Assembly: GCA_963968885.1 (NCBI GenBank)
Contig: CAXAGT010000001.1
Location: forward strand, 5,861-69,860
Source: an uncultured Candidatus Poseidoniales archaeon
Lineage (GTDB): Archaea > Thermoplasmatota > Poseidoniia > Poseidoniales > Poseidoniaceae
Direction: 5' to 3'
Length of the DNA: 64,000 nucleotides
Shown here: positions 45,562-54,076 of the stretch, in pieces
Position numbering within the stretch: position 1 is the stretch's first letter
Layout: each line of letters begins with the position of its first letter
Notes under the pieces: generated by a model
The model's input: the letters and a program-made list of their open reading frames with translations, nothing else
What the model was told of the DNA's origin: nothing
Databases searched by the model: none
Translations under genes and position numbers: made by a program

Positions 45562-47034
45562 ATGTTCATGGGAGTTTTCTCTGGGGCTGACCTCTCAGTA
45601 TTCAAGCAGCCTGATACCTACAAGGCTCTTGCAATTTCCATCGTGCTATTTTTAGTGATTGCATATGGATCACTCACATTGTACGGGAATTTAGGTACTC
45701 TATTTGGAGCAGATGGGGAGCCAGAGGAAATACCAGACTTTGTATTCCAATCTTTGAATCGGTCTGATGTTGAACAACAAGGTTATGTTAACGAAACAGG
45801 ATGGTTCAACACCAGTCAGTTCCGTGGAGAGGTTTTGATAATCGATTTTATGGCTGCTGATTGTTCTAACTGCCACGTAGTCCAAGAGAGGCTTGAGCAA
45901 AATATGGATAGTTGGATGTCTGCTGCAGAGGATAATGGCACCAAAATCAACATAATCGCTTACGGTGCTTGGTACACCGAAAGTCTGTCAAAACTGAACT
46001 CAAGCAATATTGAGTACACAGTTCCAACATATCCAACGGGATTGGGAACTGCCAATGCTGCAGTGTATGAAGATGGGACAACAACTGACCCCGTTAGGCT
46101 TTTCACCCCAAAAGGCGCAGGAGCAATACCTGTTGTAATCATAATCGATGAACAGGGATACATGATTTATCAACAGACAACAGGAATCCCATCTGATGGT
46201 TGGAAAGGTTTCGATAATGCGTTAAAAGAAGCTTGGACCATCGATGGTGATACTACAGATATGAGATTAGCATGGGAGGAACCTGATACCTCACTTGGTG
46301 CGATATGGGTATTGGGAATGATTCTGTCAATCATGGTCTATTTCTCACCTTGCGCATTCCCTGTGCTTCCTGGTTTCATTTCTTACTACCTATCATTGGG
46401 AGCTAGAGAAGATGAGTTAATTCAAGAAGGTAAGTTGAAAACAAGAATGCCAAAATCTTGGGTCTTCGGTCTTTTAGCTGGTTTGGGAATGTGGACATTT
46501 TTCATTATTATTGGTATCATTGCAGCAATTATGGGACAGGCCTTTGTTGATTCGGGAATTATTCACTACATTGCTATAGGAATTGCTATTCTGCTGATTA
46601 TTCTAGGATCATTGATGTTGATTGGAATAACTTCTGAGTTGATGGGCTTTGTTCAGAAATACATCGATAAATGGTCAACCACAGAAATGGATGAAACATT
46701 CACCCCAAGAAGAAATATCTATCTTTATGGAATAGGCTATGCCGCTGCTTCTATTGATTGTACTGCAGCTGCTGTACTTCCATTCATCGTATTCTTAGTT
46801 ACGCTAGGGCAACAATCAGTCATAATCGGATTGGGTGGATTAATGGTAGGACTGTTACTTCTGATGATTGCAGTTACAGTTCTTGTAGGGCTTGGAAGGC
46901 AATCGATGATCAGTTTCCTGCGCAGAGCAACTGGAATGATCAAGATGGTAGGGTCTTGGATGATGATAATGGCAGGAATAGCATTAACCATTTTCCTAAC
47001 TAATGCAGAGTTAGTAAACTCCGTGTTTGGTTAA
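45562..47034 (+). CDS. Membrane-anchored thioredoxin-like domain fused to a CcdA/DsbD-beta transmembrane domain
   Basis: TM anchor, then IDFMAADCSNC (CxxC) and the cis-Pro loop AIP. The six-TM domain carries SPCAFPVLP and SIDCTA. Confidence 0.85.
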   Translation: MFMGVFSGADLSVFKQPDTYKALAISIVLFLVIAYGSLTLYGNLGTLFGADGEPEEIPDFVFQSLNRSDVEQQGYVNETGWFNTSQFRGEVLIIDFMAADCSNCHVVQERLEQNMDSWMSAAEDNGTKINIIAYGAWYTESLSKLNSSNIEYTVPTYPTGLGTANAAVYEDGTTTDPVRLFTPKGAGAIPVVIIIDEQGYMIYQQTTGIPSDGWKGFDNALKEAWTIDGDTTDMRLAWEEPDTSLGAIWVLGMILSIMVYFSPCAFPVLPGFISYYLSLGAREDELIQEGKLKTRMPKSWVFGLLAGLGMWTFFIIIGIIAAIMGQAFVDSGIIHYIAIGIAILLIILGSLMLIGITSELMGFVQKYIDKWSTTEMDETFTPRRNIYLYGIGYAAASIDCTAAAVLPFIVFLVTLGQQSVIIGLGGLMVGLLLLMIAVTVLVGLGRQSMISFLRRATGMIKMVGSWMMIMAGIALTIFLTNAELVNSVFG

Positions 47035-47768
47035 ATCAATTCTTTATCGAAAAGTGCCTTATTGGCAATTAATATCCATGGCAGGTAAGCAATAGCAAGA
47101 CCTCCGATAAAATCCATGAGGTAATGTTGCTTTGTAAATAAAGTCGAAAGGGCTAATCCAACGTAAAGAGTGAACACAAGTAATCTCGCTCTTTTGTGGT
47201 CAGGGAAGTTTTTCAAGAAGAAAATGGTTATGAAAGTCGAGTGAAGAATGTGTAGGCTCGGCCAACCATTCCAAGCAGTATCAACTCCGTGAAGTAGATT
47301 CATTGACACTTCTGCTGCTCTATTTTGAGTAATTATCTGGTCCCTTAAGTCAACCTCTACTGGAATAACCAAGAAAATAAGAAAAGCCAACATGGTCGGT
47401 AAGATTGTAATCTGTGTGAAGATTATTGATCGTGTTAATTGCTTTTCTGTTTGTTCCACAAAAAATGGAAACAAGAAGAAAAAATAGTAAGTGACATAGG
47501 GAAAAATCATCCACCAAATGAAAGGAATATGAGAATCAAGACCAATTTCTGGGAAGAAATATTGTTCTCCCCGTGAAGCATTGAACCTGTTTATTGAAAA
47601 ATATAGAACACCGTAAAATACCCACGTAATCAAGAAAACTTTCAGGATTAGGGGCTTTTTATTTCCTCTCAAAAATTCCGCTTTAGAATCTTCCCAAAAT
47701 CCCCACTCAGTGGTTAACTTGGAAATCAGCATAGCAGGGAGGGTAAGGTGGCAGTTTGAAAACATCAT
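47031..47768 (-). CDS. PAP2-superfamily membrane protein (Aur1/IPC-synthase-like subtype)
   Basis: DSHIPF..WMIFPY, NGWPSLH, STLFTKQHYLMD. Start either 47768 (ATGA overlap with the SPFH stop) or 47732. Confidence 0.8.
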   Translation of the reverse strand: MMFSNCHLTLPAMLISKLTTEWGFWEDSKAEFLRGNKKPLILKVFLITWVFYGVLYFSINRFNASRGEQYFFPEIGLDSHIPFIWWMIFPYVTYYFFFLFPFFVEQTEKQLTRSIIFTQITILPTMLAFLIFLVIPVEVDLRDQIITQNRAAEVSMNLLHGVDTAWNGWPSLHILHSTFITIFFLKNFPDHKRARLLVFTLYVGLALSTLFTKQHYLMDFIGGLAIAYLPWILIANKALFDKELI

Positions 47769-48985
47769 CCCCCGAAATCATGACCACAATATGGGCAAAG
47801 CAACCAGTCTGATTGTCTTCCTTTTCCACAACTTTGGCACGTCAAATCCTTTACCTCGACCCTTGATGGTTGCAAATGATTCATCCCTTTTCCTATCGCT
47901 TTCTGGGCGCTTTGTTGTTCTAATAATGTCTTGACTACTGATGAATCCAATGCGTCTTTTTCTGCTGCTAATTGCATCATTTTTTCTTGGAATATGTTTT
48001 GTTGTTCAATGATATCTTTTTCATTAGAATGCTCATTTTGAATCCTGAGTCTCTTCGCCTCCTGAACGCTTTCAAATAATTTCATCGCATTCTCGGTTTT
48101 ATTTTCCCGTATTGACTTCAAAATTTCAGATTTATCCTGTAATTTATTTAGCTCTGACTGCCAGTGCGCTTCTTTGATCCTCAAGTCTTTGAGTTCTTTT
48201 TCAAGGTCTATATCGACTTCTCCTCTCGCCTTCGCTTTGGCTATGTTAACTTCGCACTCAATTCGTCTTAGCATACTTTGTTCTCGAATTTCAATTCTTT
48301 CTGCTAATGCTTTTGCATTTTCGCCCTCTATTTGGGTGGCGTTTCTCATTTCTGCTCTCAATTGCAATATTTTCTCGTAATCTGTTCTTCCAATTATCGC
48401 AAAAGCAGACAATAGTTTCAAGCCTGTTACAGATAGTATTGATCTTAATTCTGTTTCAGCAATAGATTCTATTCTTGATTGGAAAGAATTTTTCCTTAAA
48501 TCGTCATTATGCTCAACTTTTGAAAAAACAGGTTCAATTAATCTTGATATGACCTCGTTTTGTAGAATTTTCACAATACCATCCCTTGTTAGGATAGGTG
48601 ATTGATTTGAGAAGATATTCAATAATTTCGGAATGTTATCCTCGGAAATTTGTAATCTCAAATTTAGATGACCTTTGACGTCTGAACCATCTAATATTTG
48701 TGTTTTGAATGGTATCCAGATGTCCATTGGCCCAGTCATTGCGAATATGATTCTTCTATCATCAGCAGTCAATTTTAGAATATCTCCAAGAAAGCGTGAA
48801 AATCCACCCCCAACATCTCTAACCGTTTTTCCAGTTATAGCATTTCCAATTTTCCCTTCCACCAAAAATACTGCTGCTTCGTTTGGTTTTAGAGTGACTT
48901 GTCGGGAAAAATATGTTTGAATCTTATCCAAATTCACTAATCTTGCTACAATTTCTGGGGTTTCTCTCCAATGGAATTTACTCAT
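47765..48985 (-). CDS. SPFH/Band-7-like protein with coiled coil and C-terminal zinc ribbon
   Basis: FHWRETPEIVAR...VTLKPNEAAVFLVEGKI N-domain, a long E/K/A-rich coiled coil, and CQSCG...LCPYCG. Confidence 0.72.
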   Translation of the reverse strand: MSKFHWRETPEIVARLVNLDKIQTYFSRQVTLKPNEAAVFLVEGKIGNAITGKTVRDVGGGFSRFLGDILKLTADDRRIIFAMTGPMDIWIPFKTQILDGSDVKGHLNLRLQISEDNIPKLLNIFSNQSPILTRDGIVKILQNEVISRLIEPVFSKVEHNDDLRKNSFQSRIESIAETELRSILSVTGLKLLSAFAIIGRTDYEKILQLRAEMRNATQIEGENAKALAERIEIREQSMLRRIECEVNIAKAKARGEVDIDLEKELKDLRIKEAHWQSELNKLQDKSEILKSIRENKTENAMKLFESVQEAKRLRIQNEHSNEKDIIEQQNIFQEKMMQLAAEKDALDSSVVKTLLEQQSAQKAIGKGMNHLQPSRVEVKDLTCQSCGKGRQSDWLLCPYCGHDFGG

Positions 48986-48989
48986 TATA

Positions 48990-49526
48990 TCACTTCTTTT
49001 TTCTTAAACTTGACAAAAACAAACCTCTTTCCGAGAAAAATCCTCTACAAGAAGTTATTTTTTGTTGACAATCTCCTAATTTTCTTAATGTTTGCTTCTC
49101 ATCTCTCGCATTCATTGAAAGTTCAGCATCATTTGATATCCTTACAGCTTCAACGACCATTTGAATCACATCATGATCGTGTTTAATCAGTTTATTCATA
49201 TCTCGCTGAGTCATCGATCTTACTCCTGATAGGAAGCCGTGAGTTACACCGACACCCCCTTTGTCAACATCCTCAATTAACCGATCAATCTCTTGCATAC
49301 ATTGCTTCGCTACGCCTGCATTTTCGAAAGATTCATCTCTAACATATCTATCATGGATATTTTCAATATGGTTTCTTACTCTTTGTGCAGTTCTTGCAAT
49401 TTCTCTCCTAATCAAGGAATCGGATTCTGATTTCTTTTCCTTAGCGTATCCTTGGTATCCACTAATAAGAATCTGTAAACCTCTGACATAATCCAAGATG
49501 TCACCGGGGCCTAGCATGATTACCAA
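48990..49526 (-). CDS. All-helical hypothetical protein co-transcribed with the SPFH gene
   Basis: ISGYQGY...ESDSLIR...GFLSG...KLIKHD. Ends 4 nt before the SPFH start. Confidence 0.75.
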   Translation of the reverse strand: MVIMLGPGDILDYVRGLQILISGYQGYAKEKKSESDSLIRREIARTAQRVRNHIENIHDRYVRDESFENAGVAKQCMQEIDRLIEDVDKGGVGVTHGFLSGVRSMTQRDMNKLIKHDHDVIQMVVEAVRISNDAELSMNARDEKQTLRKLGDCQQKITSCRGFFSERGLFLSSLRKKK

Positions 49527-49584
49527 TTATGTATTGACATATGTTACCTTTTGTTTCTATCGCTGATTTGCTTTTACTTAAAAT

Positions 49585-50208
49585 CTAAATTTGATCAAAT
49601 CGGATAACCCGATCTGCTATTCTATTGGCTTCATTTTCATCGTGAGTAACATGTATCACTGGAATTTCCAAATCTTTGAGAAATTTCCTTGTCCAATCAC
49701 ATAATTCATTTCTGATTTCATTATCAAGAGCGCTGAATGGTTCATCCATCATCAGGGCATTTGGTTTAGATAACATCGCTCTCGCAAAAGAAACCCTCTG
49801 TTTTTCTCCTCCAGATAATTCATCGATTTTTCTATTCTCAAATCCATCCAGTTGGACTGTAGCAAGAATTTCTCTTACCATTTTTTTCCTGCCTTTTTTA
49901 TCAATATCTTTTGGAATCCCGAGGGTGATGTTTTTTTCAACAGACAGATGTGGATAAAGAACAGGCTTTTGGAATATCATTCCTATCTTTCTTTTTGATG
50001 GGTGGATTTGCGAGATATTTTTACCATCTAAGTAAACTTCACCTTCGTCTAATTTTTCCAAACCACAAATTATTCTTAACAAAGTAGATTTTCCGCAACC
50101 TGAATTGCCTAATATAGCTACAATTTCTCCTTTTTTGACTTCTAAATTTATCATTTCAAAAAGGATTTCATCAAATCCTTTGCAAGCATTTTCAATTTTT
50201 AGCACCAT
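49585..50208 (-). CDS. thiQ: Thiamine ABC transporter ATP-binding subunit
   Basis: GNSGCGKST, LSGGEKQR, MMDEPFSALD, HVTHD. ATG 50208 overlaps the thiP stop (TAATG). Confidence 0.88.
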   Translation of the reverse strand: MVLKIENACKGFDEILFEMINLEVKKGEIVAILGNSGCGKSTLLRIICGLEKLDEGEVYLDGKNISQIHPSKRKIGMIFQKPVLYPHLSVEKNITLGIPKDIDKKGRKKMVREILATVQLDGFENRKIDELSGGEKQRVSFARAMLSKPNALMMDEPFSALDNEIRNELCDWTRKFLKDLEIPVIHVTHDENEANRIADRVIRFDQI

Positions 50209-51944
50209 TAAAATCCTCCTCTTCCATTCTCGTCCCTGAACTTTTCTGATATTACAAACAGAATTAATGTCATCAACATCAAGCATGTAGCCACAGCCAT
50301 AGCAGCACTCCTGACTTCTGGGAAGTAATTCGGTCTTGACATTAATTGGTCTGTGAGAGTTGACAAAGTTACCCAGTTGCCAATCCCACTCAGCATCCAA
50401 GAGGCTCCGAATTCTCCTAATGAAAATGCCATGCTTAAAGCAGCTGAGACAATAATTTGGGGTTTAATAAGTGGAATTTTTATTCTCCAAAAAACCTCAG
50501 AATCTGACATTCCTAGTACTGTGGCTTGGTCAGAATATAGTTGATCAAGTGTTCTAAATGCTGGAAGCATTATTCTCACAACAAATGGACAAACCATCAT
50601 AACATGTGCCCAAATTGGTAGAAATTTCCAGTTCAGTAATTCAGGAAATAGGTTCAATAATCCAATTAGGATTCCTAAACCTACTGTGATTGCAGAGATG
50701 ATTAGAGGCAGAAAGGATACTAGATCAATAATTCTAGCAAACGCTACTTTTCCAGCGTCCTCAAGTTGCTTAATCGTTGCTGCAATAGTGGTGCCAACAA
50801 TCAATGCTATTACCATACAAACTACTGCATACGTTAGAGAATTTACCATAGCCTCAGGAATCCCTGCATAACTTAGATCACCTCTCCAAGCAATTCTCCA
50901 CCCTTCTAAACTCCAGGATTGTATGGTATCTGGACCATTCCTCTCGATTGATCTAAATGAATTTGATAGAACTGCTAGCAGTGGAGATATAATGTAAAGG
51001 AATGCTATTGAGAGCCCCAATGCTCTAACTGGAGTTATCTTCCCTCTTTGTTTACGGGAATAGTTTTCATTCACCAACTCAATCCTGCTATTATGCTTAG
51101 ACTGTAAGAATGTTGAAAGAGACATGGCAATTCCTAATACGAGAAACTGAATTATTGTTGCAGATAAAACTAATTCTGAAGACCAAACTCTGTAACCATC
51201 AATTCCTGCTGAGGATGAATAGATTGAGACTAAGGTCTCTATTGTATCATTTTGTGGAGAAAGCCACTTTGGCAAAGCAAATGAAGTAAATGAGAAGATG
51301 AAAGTAAGAGACCATGCTACAAACAATCCGGGTCCGTATATTGGGAAGTAAAAGTATCGAAGTTTGAACAGAGCTGAATCTCCTTTTGGCAAGATATTGA
51401 ATTGGTCCTCCCAATCCTTATCCAATCTCGCGATTATTGGCTCGATTAAACGAATTACTAACGATATGTTGAACCAACTGAGAGCTAGAACTAAAGCAAT
51501 AAAGTTCCCAAGATTTTCTGCTCCCAGCATATCTCCCAAACTGCCTATGAATCCATTCTGTGTGTATAGGTCTATTCCAATCCTCGAGAGAAAAGAATCT
51601 GTGTCAATAATCGCTAAAAAGCCCGCTGCTGCAACTATTGCCGGAGTTACAAATGGGAGGACGAAAAATGCTCTTATCAAACCAACTTGTTTAATCTCAA
51701 ATTTTGCCAGAGTGCTAGAAATCCAAAATCCGATTATGCAAGTGAAAGTTGAGGTTGTAAATGCTACAAGAAGAGTAAATGTTAGCACACCCTCTGTTTG
51801 ATTTGCATTCTGCCACAAGCTCCACGCATCAAATACAGACGAATCGGTGACCCTTGTTAATCTGTCAAGGGCAAGAAAAACAGGTCCAAGTATGATAACT
51901 GCAAAGGCAATGCAGACAAGTGCCTGCAGTGTTTGGCGAATCAT
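50208..51944 (-). CDS. thiP: Thiamine ABC transporter permease (duplicated domain)
   Basis: LPFVTPAIVAA, FSFTSFA, AHVMMVCPFVVR, AFSLGEFGA. Lies between thiB and thiQ. Confidence 0.88.
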   Translation of the reverse strand: MIRQTLQALVCIAFAVIILGPVFLALDRLTRVTDSSVFDAWSLWQNANQTEGVLTFTLLVAFTTSTFTCIIGFWISSTLAKFEIKQVGLIRAFFVLPFVTPAIVAAAGFLAIIDTDSFLSRIGIDLYTQNGFIGSLGDMLGAENLGNFIALVLALSWFNISLVIRLIEPIIARLDKDWEDQFNILPKGDSALFKLRYFYFPIYGPGLFVAWSLTFIFSFTSFALPKWLSPQNDTIETLVSIYSSSAGIDGYRVWSSELVLSATIIQFLVLGIAMSLSTFLQSKHNSRIELVNENYSRKQRGKITPVRALGLSIAFLYIISPLLAVLSNSFRSIERNGPDTIQSWSLEGWRIAWRGDLSYAGIPEAMVNSLTYAVVCMVIALIVGTTIAATIKQLEDAGKVAFARIIDLVSFLPLIISAITVGLGILIGLLNLFPELLNWKFLPIWAHVMMVCPFVVRIMLPAFRTLDQLYSDQATVLGMSDSEVFWRIKIPLIKPQIIVSAALSMAFSLGEFGASWMLSGIGNWVTLSTLTDQLMSRPNYFPEVRSAAMAVATCLMLMTLILFVISEKFRDENGRGGF

Positions 51945-51954
51945 CTGGTCACCA

Positions 51955-53070
51955 TCATGCGATTATTTCTGCATAGATTTCAACCAGTGCTTCAATGTCA
52001 ACTTTGTCCAAGTTGACAACGGCAGGCTCAGATGGCACTGGTGAGTGGTATCTGTAGCCATTATCTTCTGGCAAATCGGTTCCGTTCAGAACGCTGTACA
52101 TGTAATTATTAACAGGCATATTTGTATTAACTTCCTCTGATAGTAGGAATTGAATAAATTGATTTGCGTAATCAACGTTAGCGGCACCATTTATGATCCC
52201 CGCATACTCGATTTGGTGAAGTGAAGATTTTGGAAGATCTAGTGCTACTGATGTTGTATAATTTTCACCAAAGAACGCTTCAACACCAGGTGAATGGCAA
52301 TAAGAGACTGTTGCATGAGCGTCTCCGATAAATCCGTCATACCATTGACCGTATCCTGCGCTGTAATGAACCTCGTAAGCTTCACTCCAACCCGATGTGA
52401 TTATTGCCTCGTTAGCAATCATTTGTGCCCACCAATCCCATTCTGTTTCATCTTCGAAATAATCAGTTGTTGCGAGCATGAATGCTCTACCGGGGGAGGA
52501 AGAAACTGCAGATGGGAAAGCTACCTTTCCCTTCCATGCTTCTTCAGTGAAGTTCCATAACGAAGTGGGAGCGGTTACATTTTCTCCATCTACGTAATTT
52601 GAATCATAGTTTATGCATATGTGTCCGTGGTCGAATGGTACTAATTCGTTTGTTTCTCCAAATACAATATCATTAAGATTGGAAGTAATGTTTGACCTGT
52701 CTACGGTATTTTCTTGCAGCAAGCAGTAGTCCATTGCAACTCCAGAATATGTATTGTCTAATCCTATCATCAAGTCTGCCTGTGGAGAGATTTTTGTTAG
52801 CATCATCTGGTTCAATATTCCTCCTGCGTCTTCAGTTCTGATAAATTCAACCTCAATGCCAGTCTCGTTAGTGAACTCTTGAACTACCTCATCACTGAGC
52901 GCATAGATATCATAGGTAATTATTCTCAGCGTACCGTTTGATTCTCTCACTGTCGGTAAATCTCCGTCACATAGGTCTAAATTGATGTCAAGTAGTTCAT
53001 CTGCTTGTCCTATGCACCCGGCAGTAGAAACACAAATCATCATCAATGAAATTAAAATCTCTTTTTTCAT
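51955..53070 (-). CDS. thiB: Thiamine ABC transporter substrate-binding lipoprotein
   Basis: Lipobox TAGC, ITYD, DAGGIL, ADLMIGLDN, SSSPGRAF, GWSEAY, VSYCHSP, QIEYAG. Confidence 0.9.
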   Translation of the reverse strand: MKKEILISLMMICVSTAGCIGQADELLDINLDLCDGDLPTVRESNGTLRIITYDIYALSDEVVQEFTNETGIEVEFIRTEDAGGILNQMMLTKISPQADLMIGLDNTYSGVAMDYCLLQENTVDRSNITSNLNDIVFGETNELVPFDHGHICINYDSNYVDGENVTAPTSLWNFTEEAWKGKVAFPSAVSSSPGRAFMLATTDYFEDETEWDWWAQMIANEAIITSGWSEAYEVHYSAGYGQWYDGFIGDAHATVSYCHSPGVEAFFGENYTTSVALDLPKSSLHQIEYAGIINGAANVDYANQFIQFLLSEEVNTNMPVNNYMYSVLNGTDLPEDNGYRYHSPVPSEPAVVNLDKVDIEALVEIYAEIIA

Positions 53071-53079
53071 TTTCTCACC

Positions 53080-53934
53080 TCAGTACATTTTATCGATCAA
53101 TCTATGAGTTTTATCTATCAGATCAAGTGGATTTTCGCTAAGGATGAACAATGATGGTGCCCAACCAAAAGATCCTTCATCCAAGATTATGTCAAGAGGC
53201 GTTGTTGAATGCTTTAGTTCTCCCTTCGGCGCATATCCTAACTTCCAAGACATCTCATCGCAGGCTTTTGAAATTATATCTACGTCCACTTGTTCTCCTC
53301 TCAAAGGGGGACTGACGTTGATAATTGCGTACTTGTCTCCATGAATGTCTCTGTAATCCAATAGCATATTTGCAAGAGTGTTACTGGAGCCAAATGTAGG
53401 TTTTTCGTGTTGCCTTAATTTTCCAGAAACAACCGAAAGTTTTCCTGGGAACGCTGCAACATCTTCTATTTCCATAGCCCCTGGGGCACAAGAAGCAATA
53501 TTCATCCCGACTGCCGGCATCGCGATTTCAAACTTTTCAGCATCTATTCTTGTTGCTGCCCACTCAAGCCTTTTCAGCAATGCTGAGTTTGATTGATCCT
53601 CGCCAAGGTCTTTGCCAGTCAAGGTTTTATCGAATAAGATTGGTTGTTGGTCTGAGAACTGGAATTCAATAACAATTCTTTGTTTGACTAAATCTACACC
53701 AGGACCCATGCGGTCTAGTTTCTCAGAAATATCTCTTGCTAAATCATCTATTAGGATTTCATCTGCACTGCCATTTAGTTTGGGAGCCTCACGATGATAT
53801 TGCCTAGAAATTGTCGATTGAGTAGTTCCAAGAACCTCCGCAATCTCAGACTGAGACCATTCCATTGCCCTCAAATCCTTTGCAATTTGAAATTGTAGTC
53901 TTTCTACCCAATTCAAGCCGTCATTTCCTAGCAT
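53080..53934 (-). CDS. thiR: Thiamine-responsive transcriptional regulator ThiR (HTH plus ThiN-like sensor)
   Basis: HTH SQSEIAEVLGTTQSTIS. ThiN-like PAVGMNIA...DVAAFPGKL...PTFGSS...DEGSFGWAP. Heads the thiBPQ operon. Confidence 0.85.
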   Translation of the reverse strand: MLGNDGLNWVERLQFQIAKDLRAMEWSQSEIAEVLGTTQSTISRQYHREAPKLNGSADEILIDDLARDISEKLDRMGPGVDLVKQRIVIEFQFSDQQPILFDKTLTGKDLGEDQSNSALLKRLEWAATRIDAEKFEIAMPAVGMNIASCAPGAMEIEDVAAFPGKLSVVSGKLRQHEKPTFGSSNTLANMLLDYRDIHGDKYAIINVSPPLRGEQVDVDIISKACDEMSWKLGYAPKGELKHSTTPLDIILDEGSFGWAPSLFILSENPLDLIDKTHRLIDKMY

Positions 53935-54076
53935 GGTTGTCCCTGTAACAATTACTTATTCAATATTGCTGAGATTATATGCAAAATGCATGAAAAATCT
54001 TCATCATAATATTGTTAGAATAAAAAACCATCTAATTCAAAGGCTTGTTCGACACGAACAGGAATAGGGGGAGAAT

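Noticed and set aside
50209..50400. Cys-rich N-terminal extension of the ABC ATPase in the ORF track
   Set aside because: It overlaps the thiP 3' end in another frame. The real start is ATG 50208, coupled to the thiP stop.
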